Below are positions 1 through 9,647 of a DNA stretch of 64,000 nt, in pieces. The stretch covers positions 65,162-129,161 of the forward strand of contig CAYXCH010000021.1 of assembly GCA_964463705.1 (NCBI GenBank). Reading direction: 5' to 3'. This DNA comes from an uncultured Pseudobdellovibrionaceae bacterium. Lineage in GTDB: Bacteria; Patescibacteriota; Minisyncoccia; Moranbacterales; GCA-2747515. The notes beneath the pieces were generated by a model, which had not been told where the DNA came from, did no database searches, and saw nothing but the letters and a program-made list of their open reading frames with translations. The position numbers and the translations under genes were made by a program. The stretch's first letter is position 1; the number at the start of each line of letters is the position of its first letter.

Positions 1-457
1 TTAACCGCACCCGTACCGTCGTGGAATATCCCTCGGTCCCCGGTGTCGCTCGCTGCGGTGATGTGTTCCGCCCACTGCGAAAGTGATAATTCCCCAAACC
101 GCCTCGGCCTCCGCGCGCAATAACAACACGCTGATCAACTTCTGTAATATCATACGTATCGCCGCTGCGCTCATCCGTAATAACCGACCCGACGGGAACG
201 CGAATTATCGCCGTCTTCCCGTTTGCACCATCTCGCATATTTTGCTCTCCATCGCCGCCATTGCCGGCACGGATTGTTCGTTGAGTTCGAAATGCTCGCA
301 ATGCTCCCAAGTCACTTACTCCCACTGCCACAACATCACCTCCGCGACCGCCATTTCCACCGGTGGGACCTTGTGCCATCATTGTGCGAGCAAATCGTAC
401 CACACCATTACCACCTCGGCCGGCACGAACCGATATTGTAACGTCATCCGTAATCAT
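1..457 (-). CDS. obg: GTPase Obg, N-terminal Gly-rich Obg-fold domain (5' part only; gene continues beyond window start)
   Basis: Manual minus-strand translation from ATG at 457..455: MITDDVTISVRAGRGGNGVVRFARTMMAQGPTGGNGGRGGDVV...NGGDGEQNMRDGANGKTAIIRVPVG, typical Obg N-domain glycine-rich repeats. ATGA overlap with the stop of the upstream YqeY gene. Not in the ORF track because there is no stop inside the window. Confidence 0.6.
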   Translation of the reverse strand, partial: MITDDVTISVRAGRGGNGVVRFARTMMAQGPTGGNGGRGGDVVAVGVSDLGALRAFRTQRTIRAGNGGDGEQNMRDGANGKTAIIRVPVGSVITDERSGDTYDITEVDQRVVIARGGRGGLGNYHFRSGRNTSPQRATPGTEGYSTTVRVRL

Positions 458-933
458 CGCGATGCCAACAACTCTCGGACAATACCGGTAACACGCGCCC
501 CGTCTGCTCGCGCTCCACATTCTTGCATTACTCGCCCCATTACCGATCCGAATGATGGCGCATCCTCTTGAATGTCATTTAGCACACGCTCTACCACACC
601 CCGAATTTCTTCATCACTCATCTGTTGCGGAAGATACCGAGCAATAATTTCCGCTTCGGCAGATTCCGCTTCCGCTCGATCTGTTGCTCCGCTATCGGCA
701 TATTGACGCGCCGCCTCCGCTCGTTGTTTTTGCGCTCGTCGCAGTACGGCAATCACAACATCCTCCGGTAACTCCGACACATCAATGCGCTGCGCAATCG
801 CTTCATTTTTCAGCGCCGTTATCAACGATCGTAAAACGTCTCTCGCCTGCGTATCACCGGCACGCATCGCTTCCTTCAATGCCGTTGTAAGAGTTTCAAT
901 CATCATCATAATATTACCTGTTCCAAATGACAA
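454..933 (-). CDS. yqeY: GatB/YqeY domain protein
   Basis: 159 aa. C-terminal ...FGSVMGRVMQECGARADGARVTGIVRELL resembles the YqeY/GatB C-terminal domain. Typical size. Confidence 0.65.
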   Translation of the reverse strand: MSFGTGNIMMMIETLTTALKEAMRAGDTQARDVLRSLITALKNEAIAQRIDVSELPEDVVIAVLRRAQKQRAEAARQYADSGATDRAEAESAEAEIIARYLPQQMSDEEIRGVVERVLNDIQEDAPSFGSVMGRVMQECGARADGARVTGIVRELLASR

Positions 934-968
934 CGGCGACCCTCCGGCCGCCGATGGTGGACAACGTA

Positions 969-1235
969 TTAAAGCAGCCCATCTTTTTTCATCCGCTTTC
1001 GTAATTCACGAACGGCTTGCGGAGAGTATTGACCCATCTTTTTGAGACGATCAATCGCGCGGCGCAACTGCGCTTTGTACAGCGCTTCGGCACGCAACGC
1101 ATCCTTACTCTTTGGACGCTGCTCAAATCGTTTCGCACGTACTTCTCGCAACAATCCGCTCTGCTGAATCTTACGTGTAAAACGACGAATCAGGCTCTCT
1201 GTACTCTCTCGCTCTTTGCGAACAATCGTTACCAT
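969..1235 (-). CDS. rpsU: 30S ribosomal protein S21
   Basis: 88-aa basic protein MVTIVRKERESTESLIRRFTRKIQQSGLLREVRAKRFEQRP... S21 signature. AGGGAGG Shine-Dalgarno immediately upstream on the minus strand. Confidence 0.85.
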   Translation of the reverse strand: MVTIVRKERESTESLIRRFTRKIQQSGLLREVRAKRFEQRPKSKDALRAEALYKAQLRRAIDRLKKMGQYSPQAVRELRKRMKKDGLL

Positions 1236-1340
1236 ATACCAACCTCCCTTCCAGAAAGGATTATTTCATAAAAAACACACATTGTGCGTTCTCTACAATG
1301 CTATCACAATTTCCCGTATAATGCAACGTGTGACAAATGC

Positions 1341-2759
1341 CTATTTTTTCAACAATTTCTTTACCGTTGCTACCATTTTATCTTGCGGAACAGTTTCCTG
1401 TGATCCGCTACGCATATCCTTAATGATTACCGTCTCGTCCAATGCTTCTTGCTGACCGATAATAATTGTAACATCCACACCGGATCGCTCCGCTTTTCGC
1501 AACTGTGCTCGCAGATTTCCTCGTCCGAAACTTTCCGCTGTCATAATTCCCGATCGTTGCAACCGATCAAAAATTACCAAGCTCTTTCGCTTTGCCAATG
1601 CACCCAACTGCGCCAAAAACACCCGCGGACGAGGCAATGAGGGTTCTGTTGTACCGCTGTTCTGCAATGCCAATACCACACGATCCAGTCCAAGACCGAA
1701 TCCCACCGCCGGCATTTCCGGACCACCCAATGACGATAACAACGCATCGTACCGACCGCCACCACCCAGTGAGCGACGCTTAATCCCGGCATCTTCATCG
1801 GCTTTTACATAAATTTCAAAAACGGTTCGCGTATAATAATCCAGTCCGCGCACCAATGTTTGATCATGAACAAACGGAATCTTTAACTCCTCCAAATATG
1901 ACTGAAATGCCGCAAAATGTTCTACACTCTCTTCATCCAAACTCTCCGCCGGTGTGGGCGCATTAGCGGCAATTGCCCTACAGGCTTCATCTTTTGCATC
2001 TAAAATGCGTAACGGATTTGCTTTGATAAGCGGACGCAATTCTGCGGGAATTGATCGCCGATGTTTTTCCAAATATCGTGTAAGTGTTCGCTTATATGCC
2101 GCTCGGCTTTTCGGTGTCCCAATAGAATTGATGTGAAATACCACCGATCGCAGTCCCACACCGCGTAAAATCCGCCACGCCAACTGAACCATTTGCGCAT
2201 CTACAATCGGATCTTCTTCACCGAACACATCATAGTTTGCCTGATAGTGCTCCCGATACCGACCTTCTTGTGGACGATCATATCGGTATACCGGACCCAT
2301 GGAAAATAGCTTTACCGGCTTACTCCACACACTCATTCCATGCTGAATAAATGCACGAACATTTCCGGCAGTCAACTCCGGACGCAACGCTACCGCATCT
2401 CCACCCCGTGTCGTAAATGTATACATTTCCTTCTCTATCACTTCCGTATGCTCACCAACACTGCGAACAAAGAGATTTTCAAACTCAACTAACGGTGTTT
2501 GAATCCGTGAAAAACCATATTCTTGGGCAGCGCGACGACATGTTCGTCGCAATTGTTCCCAATACGGCTGCTGTTCCGGCAAGATGTCCCGCATTCCACG
2601 AACTGTTTGCAATACCAGTTTTCGCGAGGAAGATAATGTGGACCGTGAGGAAGATGATCGCGATGCCCGAGAACGCGAAGAAGATGCTGCACTCTTCTGA
2701 CGAGATCGTGATGATGAACGCTTTGCAGGACGTTGTGTGCGTGATGTTGCTGCCGACAT
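1341..2759 (-). CDS. hisS: Histidine--tRNA ligase with about 50-aa Ser/Arg-rich N-terminal low-complexity extension (start codon uncertain)
   Basis: Conserved HisS block VRGMRDILPEQQ...LRPELTAGNVRAF..., class II aaRS motifs, and anticodon-binding C-terminus. The N-terminus SRSRQKSAASSSRSRASRSSSSRS precedes the conserved core. Confidence 0.85.
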   Translation of the reverse strand: MSAATSRTQRPAKRSSSRSRQKSAASSSRSRASRSSSSRSTLSSSRKLVLQTVRGMRDILPEQQPYWEQLRRTCRRAAQEYGFSRIQTPLVEFENLFVRSVGEHTEVIEKEMYTFTTRGGDAVALRPELTAGNVRAFIQHGMSVWSKPVKLFSMGPVYRYDRPQEGRYREHYQANYDVFGEEDPIVDAQMVQLAWRILRGVGLRSVVFHINSIGTPKSRAAYKRTLTRYLEKHRRSIPAELRPLIKANPLRILDAKDEACRAIAANAPTPAESLDEESVEHFAAFQSYLEELKIPFVHDQTLVRGLDYYTRTVFEIYVKADEDAGIKRRSLGGGGRYDALLSSLGGPEMPAVGFGLGLDRVVLALQNSGTTEPSLPRPRVFLAQLGALAKRKSLVIFDRLQRSGIMTAESFGRGNLRAQLRKAERSGVDVTIIIGQQEALDETVIIKDMRSGSQETVPQDKMVATVKKLLKK

Positions 2760-2776
2760 AAATATCGTATGTTATC

Positions 2777-3400
2777 TCAATTAACGGCTCCTGCCCGTGT
2801 CACGGGATAAAGACGGACAACCGCTTTTCCCATAACATATCGCTTTGGCAATGGTCCCCATGCGCGGGAATCGTAACTATGATTACGATTATCCCCCATA
2901 ACAAAATACTCATCTTCACCGACCGTATAGGATACATCGTCAGTTGTCACTCGTGCCGATTCCGAAAGATACGGCTCCTCCAATACCATACCTTCCGGAT
3001 GCAATTCATTATAAATTGTCACTACGCCGCCACGCACCGTAATACGTTCTCCCGGCAATGCCACCACTCGCTTAATAAAAAATGTTCCCGGACGCTGAGG
3101 AAAACGAAATACCACCGTATCCCCGCGACGAAATTCACGAGTAGAGCGCTTGAGAATAAAGTCTCCAATACGTACTTCTTTGTACCCGATTTCATTAATA
3201 ATCAAATACTCCCCACTATGATAATTCGGCTCCATGCTGGCACCATTGACAACAAATGGTTGAAATAGAAATAGACGGATGGGGATAATTACAACCATTG
3301 CCAATGCAAAAATTTTCACCACTTCCCATACAAACGCTCCGACACCCGGCGGGACGGTGGAAGAAGATGAGGCGCAATGTGTTCGTTTCATCTCATGCAT
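2777..3400 (-). CDS. lepB: Signal peptidase I (S26 family)
   Basis: N-terminal TM segment, GASMEPNY box (Ser), KR box, GDNRNHSYDSRAWG box. Confidence 0.85.
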   Translation of the reverse strand: MHEMKRTHCASSSSTVPPGVGAFVWEVVKIFALAMVVIIPIRLFLFQPFVVNGASMEPNYHSGEYLIINEIGYKEVRIGDFILKRSTREFRRGDTVVFRFPQRPGTFFIKRVVALPGERITVRGGVVTIYNELHPEGMVLEEPYLSESARVTTDDVSYTVGEDEYFVMGDNRNHSYDSRAWGPLPKRYVMGKAVVRLYPVTRAGAVN

Positions 3401-3489
3401 ATGCCTCCATTATTACCATATTTGTCATATGGATGCAAATAACAACACAAAACAAGCACCCCTTGGGACAATGCTATTATTTTTTGCAT

Positions 3490-6054
3490 CTATGGATTAG
3501 CCGGTGCCTCAGAACTCTCCGTTGGTGTTTCAGTATTGGCGGGAGCGGCGGCATCTCCACCATTTGTCGGCGCATCGGTATTTGTCTGTGTATTCTCACC
3601 ACTATTCTCCGCCGATGGCGCTACCGTCTGCGATGGATTTCCTTCCGGTGTTACCGCTGCCCGCTTCAGTGTATTGATTTTTTCTGAGATTTGTTTTCGC
3701 GCGGCACGTGTCTGCTCATTTGCCTTCTCTCCATCGGGAAGAACCTCCAACAATCGCTCATAAGTGGCAATTGCCGCCGCTTGCTGATCTTTACGCTCAT
3801 ACAATGTCGCCAACGCCAACAACGTATTCACTTCGGCATCATTGACACCCAAGATGCTTCGCAGCAATGCTTCAGCCCTTGCGGCATCACCCTCGGCATC
3901 CCGCTCCCGTAGCAGTACCGCCAAGTTATACGCGTATGTAATATTCGTATTATTTGTTGAAACAAACGCTTTTGTCATATCTTCCACCGCCGCATCCATA
4001 TCACCCAACGCTTGTTGAATCAATGCCCGCTGATAGTAAGCAGAAGCAAAATTTTCCTTCTTCTCAATCGCTTCCGTAAAAAGATCTCGTGCCGCCGCTA
4101 ACGCATCTTTTCGCGCCGCTTCATCCTTGGCATCTATTTGTATTGCTGCACGCAATGCAAGTTCCGCTCGCTTCAATACATAAACCGGATTGGACGGCTC
4201 TCGTTTCTGCGCCTCCTCATATGCCGTTTGCGCATCAGCAATCACCGTTGGATCATAGATACTGGTATTCTCCATAATCTGCGCATAAACCTCCGCCGCC
4301 GCCGCAGATGTCGGAAGTTTTATCCGTGCCGTATTGGCGGCCAACTGTGCTTGCTGCAAGTATGCGCGCAATGCATTCAAATCGCGCTCTTTTTCCGGCT
4401 TTAACGCTTCTCTGTTTGCCAATACCGCAAACTCTTGTGCCAAACGCATCCAATACGCTCCCTCTCGCGGATTCAGTGTAATGGCACGCTGTAATGACGC
4501 CAACGTATCCTTGGTTACTTCCGACGCTCGTACTGCCGATCCGGCAAATACATCTGCTGCAAAAATTTTACCGACAGAGAAAAAGGACATTCCCACACCG
4601 GCAATCAATATAATGGAAACAAATGCCAACGAGAGCGCAAACTGTGGCGAAGCTTTAAGCGATAATGTAATCGAACGCAATTCCAGACCGCTCTCCCGAT
4701 ATGCCGATACCAATGCCAGTACTCCCAACAATACACAAATAATTAATGCGGATCCATCAATACGTCGTGTCAACAGCGTGCCGATAACTATGATAATTGC
4801 TGAAGTAAGGCCAAGGGTAAATACTTTATTTCGTTGTGCATCTCGTGCCAACAAATACAACAATATACTCAAAAATGTTGCACCCACCAAAAGCAATGCC
4901 ACTGTTCCAAGAACACCGATTGTTGCCAGTGCATCAAAAATTATACCCTCTCCCTGTGTAAATCGCAGCGCAAACAACTGATGTGTATTAAGTCCCTCCG
5001 GACGCACCGTGGAAAAAGCATGTTCAAATTGCGCCGGTCCAAATCCAAGAAAAAAATGTTCTGACAACGCTGACCGTGTAATCTCCCACGCTAAAGATGG
5101 TGTCATGGATACCGTCGGCGGCAGCACCACATGATCTGACAACAACGGACTACGGGATGGAGATGCCATCAAAAATCCGACAACAATCACCAGGACGATC
5201 ATGGGAATAAACGGCAACGCCCCCTGTGCACGAACCAAGCGCGCCAATACAAACACCAAAAAGAATGTTACACCAATAGCAAACGGAATCAATGGAACAT
5301 ACTGCAACAACATATGAATATCAACAAGTGTCGCTATCAATGCCACCAACGCTCCCGCCGTTGCCACACCGCGCACCGAGCGAGAAATTGTTTCGCTGTT
5401 CCATAGCGCAAACAATGATGTCATCCACAACGGCACGCTCGCCGCGAGAAATAATGCCAAACTTTGCAATGATCCCATCATACTTAACGGTGCCATACGA
5501 GCGATACGCTCCGGTAAAAACGGCACGCCCGTTAAAGCCAACAGCGTCCATATCGCCACCACACCGGCTGCCATCATCAGTGCCGTAAAAAATAGGAGCG
5601 AGCGTCGCGGAGTAGAGTGCGTTACCACCAAGAAAAATATTGCCACAAACGCCAATAGCGCCACGACACCGTGAGAAGGATCGCCAAACTGCCCCCAAAC
5701 ACTGTGCCACCGATCACCCGATGCTACGATTGTACTGAGAACAACAACAGCGATAAATGCCAATACTACATAATCCAGCGGCGTCCGACGAAGAATCAAA
5801 CGTCCTCCAAGCGCTCCCTTCGCCGCCCACGCAACTAATGCCAACAAGATGACAATGTAGAAAAATATATACTTATCAAAGACAATTCCCTGCATTGTTA
5901 CCGCGGTAAAAAACACCGGGACACCAAAAAACACTGTTGTCAAACTTGCAGTAATCACACCATCTAACAGTCGTTCCTGCAATGACGCCTTCTCCGCAGA
6001 TGATTCGGCGGTAGTTGCATGATTAAATGCCTGAAAGTTCTGCTGCATGGACAT
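3490..6054 (-). CDS. Polytopic membrane protein, O-antigen ligase/Wzy-like core with C-terminal TPR repeats and Pro/Thr/Ala-rich tail
   Basis: More than 10 TM helices, followed by repeated TPR-like A/L/Y-rich helical pairs (ALGDMDAAVEDMTKAF..., AYNLAVLLRER...). Start chosen at ATG 6054 (MSMQQNF) because the longer ORF would run into the tRNA at 6169-6241. Confidence 0.55.
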   Translation of the reverse strand: MSMQQNFQAFNHATTAESSAEKASLQERLLDGVITASLTTVFFGVPVFFTAVTMQGIVFDKYIFFYIVILLALVAWAAKGALGGRLILRRTPLDYVVLAFIAVVVLSTIVASGDRWHSVWGQFGDPSHGVVALLAFVAIFFLVVTHSTPRRSLLFFTALMMAAGVVAIWTLLALTGVPFLPERIARMAPLSMMGSLQSLALFLAASVPLWMTSLFALWNSETISRSVRGVATAGALVALIATLVDIHMLLQYVPLIPFAIGVTFFLVFVLARLVRAQGALPFIPMIVLVIVVGFLMASPSRSPLLSDHVVLPPTVSMTPSLAWEITRSALSEHFFLGFGPAQFEHAFSTVRPEGLNTHQLFALRFTQGEGIIFDALATIGVLGTVALLLVGATFLSILLYLLARDAQRNKVFTLGLTSAIIIVIGTLLTRRIDGSALIICVLLGVLALVSAYRESGLELRSITLSLKASPQFALSLAFVSIILIAGVGMSFFSVGKIFAADVFAGSAVRASEVTKDTLASLQRAITLNPREGAYWMRLAQEFAVLANREALKPEKERDLNALRAYLQQAQLAANTARIKLPTSAAAAEVYAQIMENTSIYDPTVIADAQTAYEEAQKREPSNPVYVLKRAELALRAAIQIDAKDEAARKDALAAARDLFTEAIEKKENFASAYYQRALIQQALGDMDAAVEDMTKAFVSTNNTNITYAYNLAVLLRERDAEGDAARAEALLRSILGVNDAEVNTLLALATLYERKDQQAAAIATYERLLEVLPDGEKANEQTRAARKQISEKINTLKRAAVTPEGNPSQTVAPSAENSGENTQTNTDAPTNGGDAAAPANTETPTESSEAPANP

Positions 6055-6168
6055 ATATTCTTCTATTACTATTTTTTGTACAACATATTTATAGTATATC
6101 ACACTCCCTACGATATGTCTGTAAAATAAACAGACGATACGTTTCTGTGCATATACCACCAAACCATG

Positions 6169-6241
6169 AGCCACCTGCCGGGCTTGAACCGGCGACCTAC
6201 GCGTTACGAGTGCGTTGCTCTACCAACTGAGCTAAGGTGGC
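6169..6241 (-). tRNA. tRNA-Thr (anticodon CGT)
   Basis: Reverse complement GCCACCTTAGCTCAGTTGGTAGAGCAACGCACTCGTAACGCGTAGGTCGCCGGTTCAAGCCCGGCAGGTGGCT folds as a cloverleaf. Anticodon loop CTCGTAA. No encoded CCA. Confidence 0.75.
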
Positions 6242-6288
6242 ATTACGGAAATCATTATAATAAATTTCCGTAACTTGTCCAGAGAATC

Positions 6289-7293
6289 CTACCGAGTCAT
6301 AACATGTGCCGCCATATCCACAAGGCGATGCGCATATCCTTGCTCATTATCGTACCAAACAACCACCTTAACCAGATCTCCATCTACAACGGTTGTCATT
6401 GACAAATCCACAATACCCGAATATGTCGCTCCGATAAAATCCGATGATACCAACGGCGCATCCGTCACCGCAAGAATGCCATCATATCGCGGCGATTGTG
6501 CCGCCTCGGATAGTGCCGTGTTTATCTCTTCCGCTGTTACTGTGCGATCAAGTAAAAAGGTGCAATCCGCCAATGACACGACCAGTGTCGGAACACGTAC
6601 ACTGATTCCGTCAAACTTTCCCGTCAAACCATCCACGACCGCTGTTGTGGCAACAGCGGCACCGGTTGTTGTCGGAACAATGTTTTGGGCGGCGGCACGA
6701 GATCGTCGCAAATCTCGGTGTGGCGCATCCTGTAACCGTTGATCCGCCGTATAAGAATGGATGGTTGTCATGAGCGCCTTGCGAATTCCAAATGTTTCTT
6801 GTAGTACCGCCACGACCGGCGCAATGCAATTTGTCGTACAGGACGCATTGGAAACAACATCATCATTTGCGTCTACCGCGTCATGATTAACACCCAACAC
6901 AAACGTGTTTACATCTCCCGATCCTTTTGCCGGCGCACTTAACACGACACGTCGCGCACCGGCATCAATATGCGCCCTCGCCGCACCGTCTCGCACAAAA
7001 CGCCCGGTGCACTCCAATACCACATCCACACCATACTCCTTCCATGGTAATGCGGACGGATCCGGCTGCGATAACACTTCATATCGCTCACCATCCACAA
7101 TAATCACTCCTTCCTCCGCCGTTACATCGGCATCATACGCCCCGTATGCCGTATCATGAGCAAGTAAGTGTGCCAGCGTTCGCGCATCCGTCAAATCATT
7201 AATTGCGACAACACGTAGATCGTCCCGCTCATGAATTGCCTTGAATGCCGCACGACCGATACGCCCAAAGCCGTTGATTGCTACTGTAATCAT
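6289..7293 (-). CDS. gap: Glyceraldehyde-3-phosphate dehydrogenase
   Basis: MITVAINGFGRIGRAAFKA N-terminal Rossmann motif, and the ASCTTNC catalytic Cys motif. Confidence 0.9.
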   Translation of the reverse strand: MITVAINGFGRIGRAAFKAIHERDDLRVVAINDLTDARTLAHLLAHDTAYGAYDADVTAEEGVIIVDGERYEVLSQPDPSALPWKEYGVDVVLECTGRFVRDGAARAHIDAGARRVVLSAPAKGSGDVNTFVLGVNHDAVDANDDVVSNASCTTNCIAPVVAVLQETFGIRKALMTTIHSYTADQRLQDAPHRDLRRSRAAAQNIVPTTTGAAVATTAVVDGLTGKFDGISVRVPTLVVSLADCTFLLDRTVTAEEINTALSEAAQSPRYDGILAVTDAPLVSSDFIGATYSGIVDLSMTTVVDGDLVKVVVWYDNEQGYAHRLVDMAAHVMTR

Positions 7294-7313
7294 AGGTTAT
7301 TATATTATTCCAA

Positions 7314-8111
7314 TTATGCTGTATTGTAACAGTGCCGCAGAGAGGCGGCAATACGCAAAAGATCACGCGGCTGCCGCGCTGCGCGACCTACCACCACACC
7401 ACGCACTCCCAATGATGGAGTAAACTGTGTGATATTTTCCGGTGTTACACTCCCCCCATAGAGGATACGCACCGACTGAGCGGTCTCCGTATCATATAGT
7501 TGTGCAATAATTTTTTGCACTAAAATCCTGGCAGCCATAATATCTTCGGCGTCCGGCGGAGACTGAGCACCGATCGCCCACACCGGCTCGTACACCAAGA
7601 CACACCGCTGCAATGATGCCGCATCTACATGCTGTGTCAATACTCGCAAATGCTCCATTACCGCCCGCTGTAAATGACCGTGTTCACGCTCTTGCGCCGT
7701 CTCTCCGACAAAGATGATTGGTGTCATCTTTGCCGCCAATACGGCCGCCACTTGACGACCGACCGCCGCATCGTCCATATGTCGCCACCGATGCTGTTCA
7801 CTATGTCCCACCAACACATAGCGCACTCCCGCATCATACAGCGTCAGCGGAGAAAGTTGTCCCGTATACGCCCCACGCGTATGCCAAAACACATCTTGTG
7901 CTCCACAGGCGATACGAGAATCCACTTGCGCCAGCCGTGACACCACATCATAATGTGGCGCACTCGGACATAGAACAATGCGCACTCCCTGTTTAATATC
8001 CGGAACGGAATCAATATATCCACGCAAGGTATTGCAATACGCCACGATATCCGCACGGCGCACCATTGTCATTTTAAAATTTGCAACAATCAGTAAATCC
8101 GTTGTATTCAT
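7314..8111 (-). CDS. tpiA: Triosephosphate isomerase
   Basis: LIVANFKM..., VLVGHSEQHRW (catalytic His), IIFVGE (catalytic Glu), YGGSV phosphate loop. Located directly downstream of gap. Confidence 0.85.
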   Translation of the reverse strand: MNTTDLLIVANFKMTMVRRADIVAYCNTLRGYIDSVPDIKQGVRIVLCPSAPHYDVVSRLAQVDSRIACGAQDVFWHTRGAYTGQLSPLTLYDAGVRYVLVGHSEQHRWRHMDDAAVGRQVAAVLAAKMTPIIFVGETAQEREHGHLQRAVMEHLRVLTQHVDAASLQRCVLVYEPVWAIGAQSPPDAEDIMAARILVQKIIAQLYDTETAQSVRILYGGSVTPENITQFTPSLGVRGVVVGRAARQPRDLLRIAASLRHCYNTA

Positions 8112-8117
8112 ATACTT

Positions 8118-8612
8118 TTACGATAGTACCGCCGCCGCACCCAACGTAATTACCGTAACAATGACCGAGGCGATCACACTTCCCAATAACAACAATGGGA
8201 GTGCTCGACGGGGAGAAATTCCAAACACGCTCGCCGCCACCGCGCCGGTGAAAATCCCTGTCATTGGTAACGGAATTGCAACAAATAACACCAGTGCCAA
8301 CGCTCCGTACCGCGCAAATCGCTGCTCATTTCGCGTCTGCAATGAGTGAATATATCGCTCCCACATTTGCCGAATACGATCACTGTGCGCAATCATGGCA
8401 CGAATGATCGGCAATGATATAATCAACGTTATCGCTCCGGCGGCAATATTACCGAACAAAGACCATGCAATCGCTGCCACCGGCGACAAGTCGTATACCG
8501 TAATTGCTACCGGAATAGATCCACGCACTTCAATAATGGGTAACGCGGCAAGTACTACCACCGCCAATTCCGGCGGCAATGTTGTTACAGCATCAATGAT
8601 TGCATCCTTCAT
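8118..8612 (-). CDS. Small membrane protein, COG2426/putative small multidrug export family
   Basis: 164 aa with 4-5 TM segments. LPIIEVRGSIP...PLPMTGIFTGAVAASVFGI pattern recalled for this family. Confidence 0.45.
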   Translation of the reverse strand: MKDAIIDAVTTLPPELAVVVLAALPIIEVRGSIPVAITVYDLSPVAAIAWSLFGNIAAGAITLIISLPIIRAMIAHSDRIRQMWERYIHSLQTRNEQRFARYGALALVLFVAIPLPMTGIFTGAVAASVFGISPRRALPLLLLGSVIASVIVTVITLGAAAVLS

Positions 8613-8630
8613 GACAATTGATATTAGGCG

Positions 8631-9647
8631 TTACTGTAACTGAGAACGGAGATAAATCGCCGCATCTTCCGGTGACACCGTAATAATTTCCATACTCGTT
8701 GCCAATTCAAAGCCCGCAATCTTCGTAAACCGCGGGACAATATCCACATACCACATATAGTGCCGATAATCATATCCATCACACGGCGCCGTGTGAAAAA
8801 ATACATTGACCGCCGGATCACCAAATCCCGTATGCAACGCCCGAAGCGCGGCACGTAAGATTTCCGCCAACGCCACCTTCTTCCCATCCGTAATCCGCTC
8901 AAAATACGGCTGTGGATCTTTTGGTAAAATTTGCATGGCATAATTCATGCGAGAAGCAAACGGACACAATAACACAAAATCATCATTTTCCGCCACAATC
9001 CGCGCCCGACGATTCAATTCCCCCTCCACCAATACATGGAACGGACTAAGACGATGTTTTTGATAATACCGCTCCACAGCATCCACTTCCATTTGCACAA
9101 CCAACGGAACTACCGGCAATGCCAGAATTTGCGCATGCGGATGACGAATAGATGCTCCGGCTCGCGACCCGTGATTGTAAAACATGCTAACATACCGAAT
9201 AACACGAGAACGCATATGTGCCAAATAGCGATCTTGAAATGCATCAATCACCTCCGCCAATTCCGCTGTTTCCAACAGCGCAAACGGACGAGACGGATCA
9301 CGCGTCACCACCAACTCATGAGCGCCAAATCCCGACACCGCGCTATGTGGCCCATCATCAATCGCCTGCATGGGAACCTCTGCGGATAGTGCGGGGTATT
9401 TATTCGGAAATACACGCGTTGTCCAGGAACCGCTATCATCACGATAAATCAATACATCCTCTTCTTGACCGGATGCCACCGGATCGGCAAACGGATCATT
9501 TCCATCCATGCCCGTACTCTCCATCGCCGATTGTTCCTCACGAAACTCATCGGGACGCCGACGACGAACACGAGAAAGAATCACCCACTCTCCGGTTATC
9601 ATGTTTTGCCGAAGTTGGATGTCCCCGCGATCAATTGTTGTTGTCAT
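8631..9647 (-). CDS. Galactose-1-phosphate uridylyltransferase-like HIT-superfamily nucleotidyltransferase
   Basis: HPHAQILALP matches the GalT active-site HPHGQ motif. Size about 340 aa. ATGA overlap with the upstream GT2. Confidence 0.55.
   Translation of the reverse strand: MTTTIDRGDIQLRQNMITGEWVILSRVRRRRPDEFREEQSAMESTGMDGNDPFADPVASGQEEDVLIYRDDSGSWTTRVFPNKYPALSAEVPMQAIDDGPHSAVSGFGAHELVVTRDPSRPFALLETAELAEVIDAFQDRYLAHMRSRVIRYVSMFYNHGSRAGASIRHPHAQILALPVVPLVVQMEVDAVERYYQKHRLSPFHVLVEGELNRRARIVAENDDFVLLCPFASRMNYAMQILPKDPQPYFERITDGKKVALAEILRAALRALHTGFGDPAVNVFFHTAPCDGYDYRHYMWYVDIVPRFTKIAGFELATSMEIITVSPEDAAIYLRSQLQ

Noticed and set aside
83-571. 162-aa plus-strand ORF at the window start
   Set aside because: Antisense to the Obg N-terminal coding region identified on the minus strand. 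It overlaps the YqeY gene and has no motifs. It is a typical high-GC shadow ORF.
4334-4981. Long antisense/shadow ORFs inside high-GC genes (e.g. 4334..4981 +, 14533..15036 +, 17368..18066 +, 40540..41598 +, 41144..42004 +, 49008..49832 +, 12385..12705 -)
   Set aside because: Each lies within, or opposite to, a confidently identified gene with strong family motifs. Their translations are low-complexity (Pro/Arg/Ser/Thr/Cys-rich) and lack any recognisable domain, which is expected from GC-rich codon-position bias.
6055-6168. Weak hairpin ACAGA-n9-TCTGT between tRNA-Thr(CGT) and the O-antigen-ligase-like gene, considered as a terminator
   Set aside because: Only a 5-bp stem with a 9-nt loop and no U-tract. 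The region more likely just holds the TATACT-type promoter of the downstream gene.
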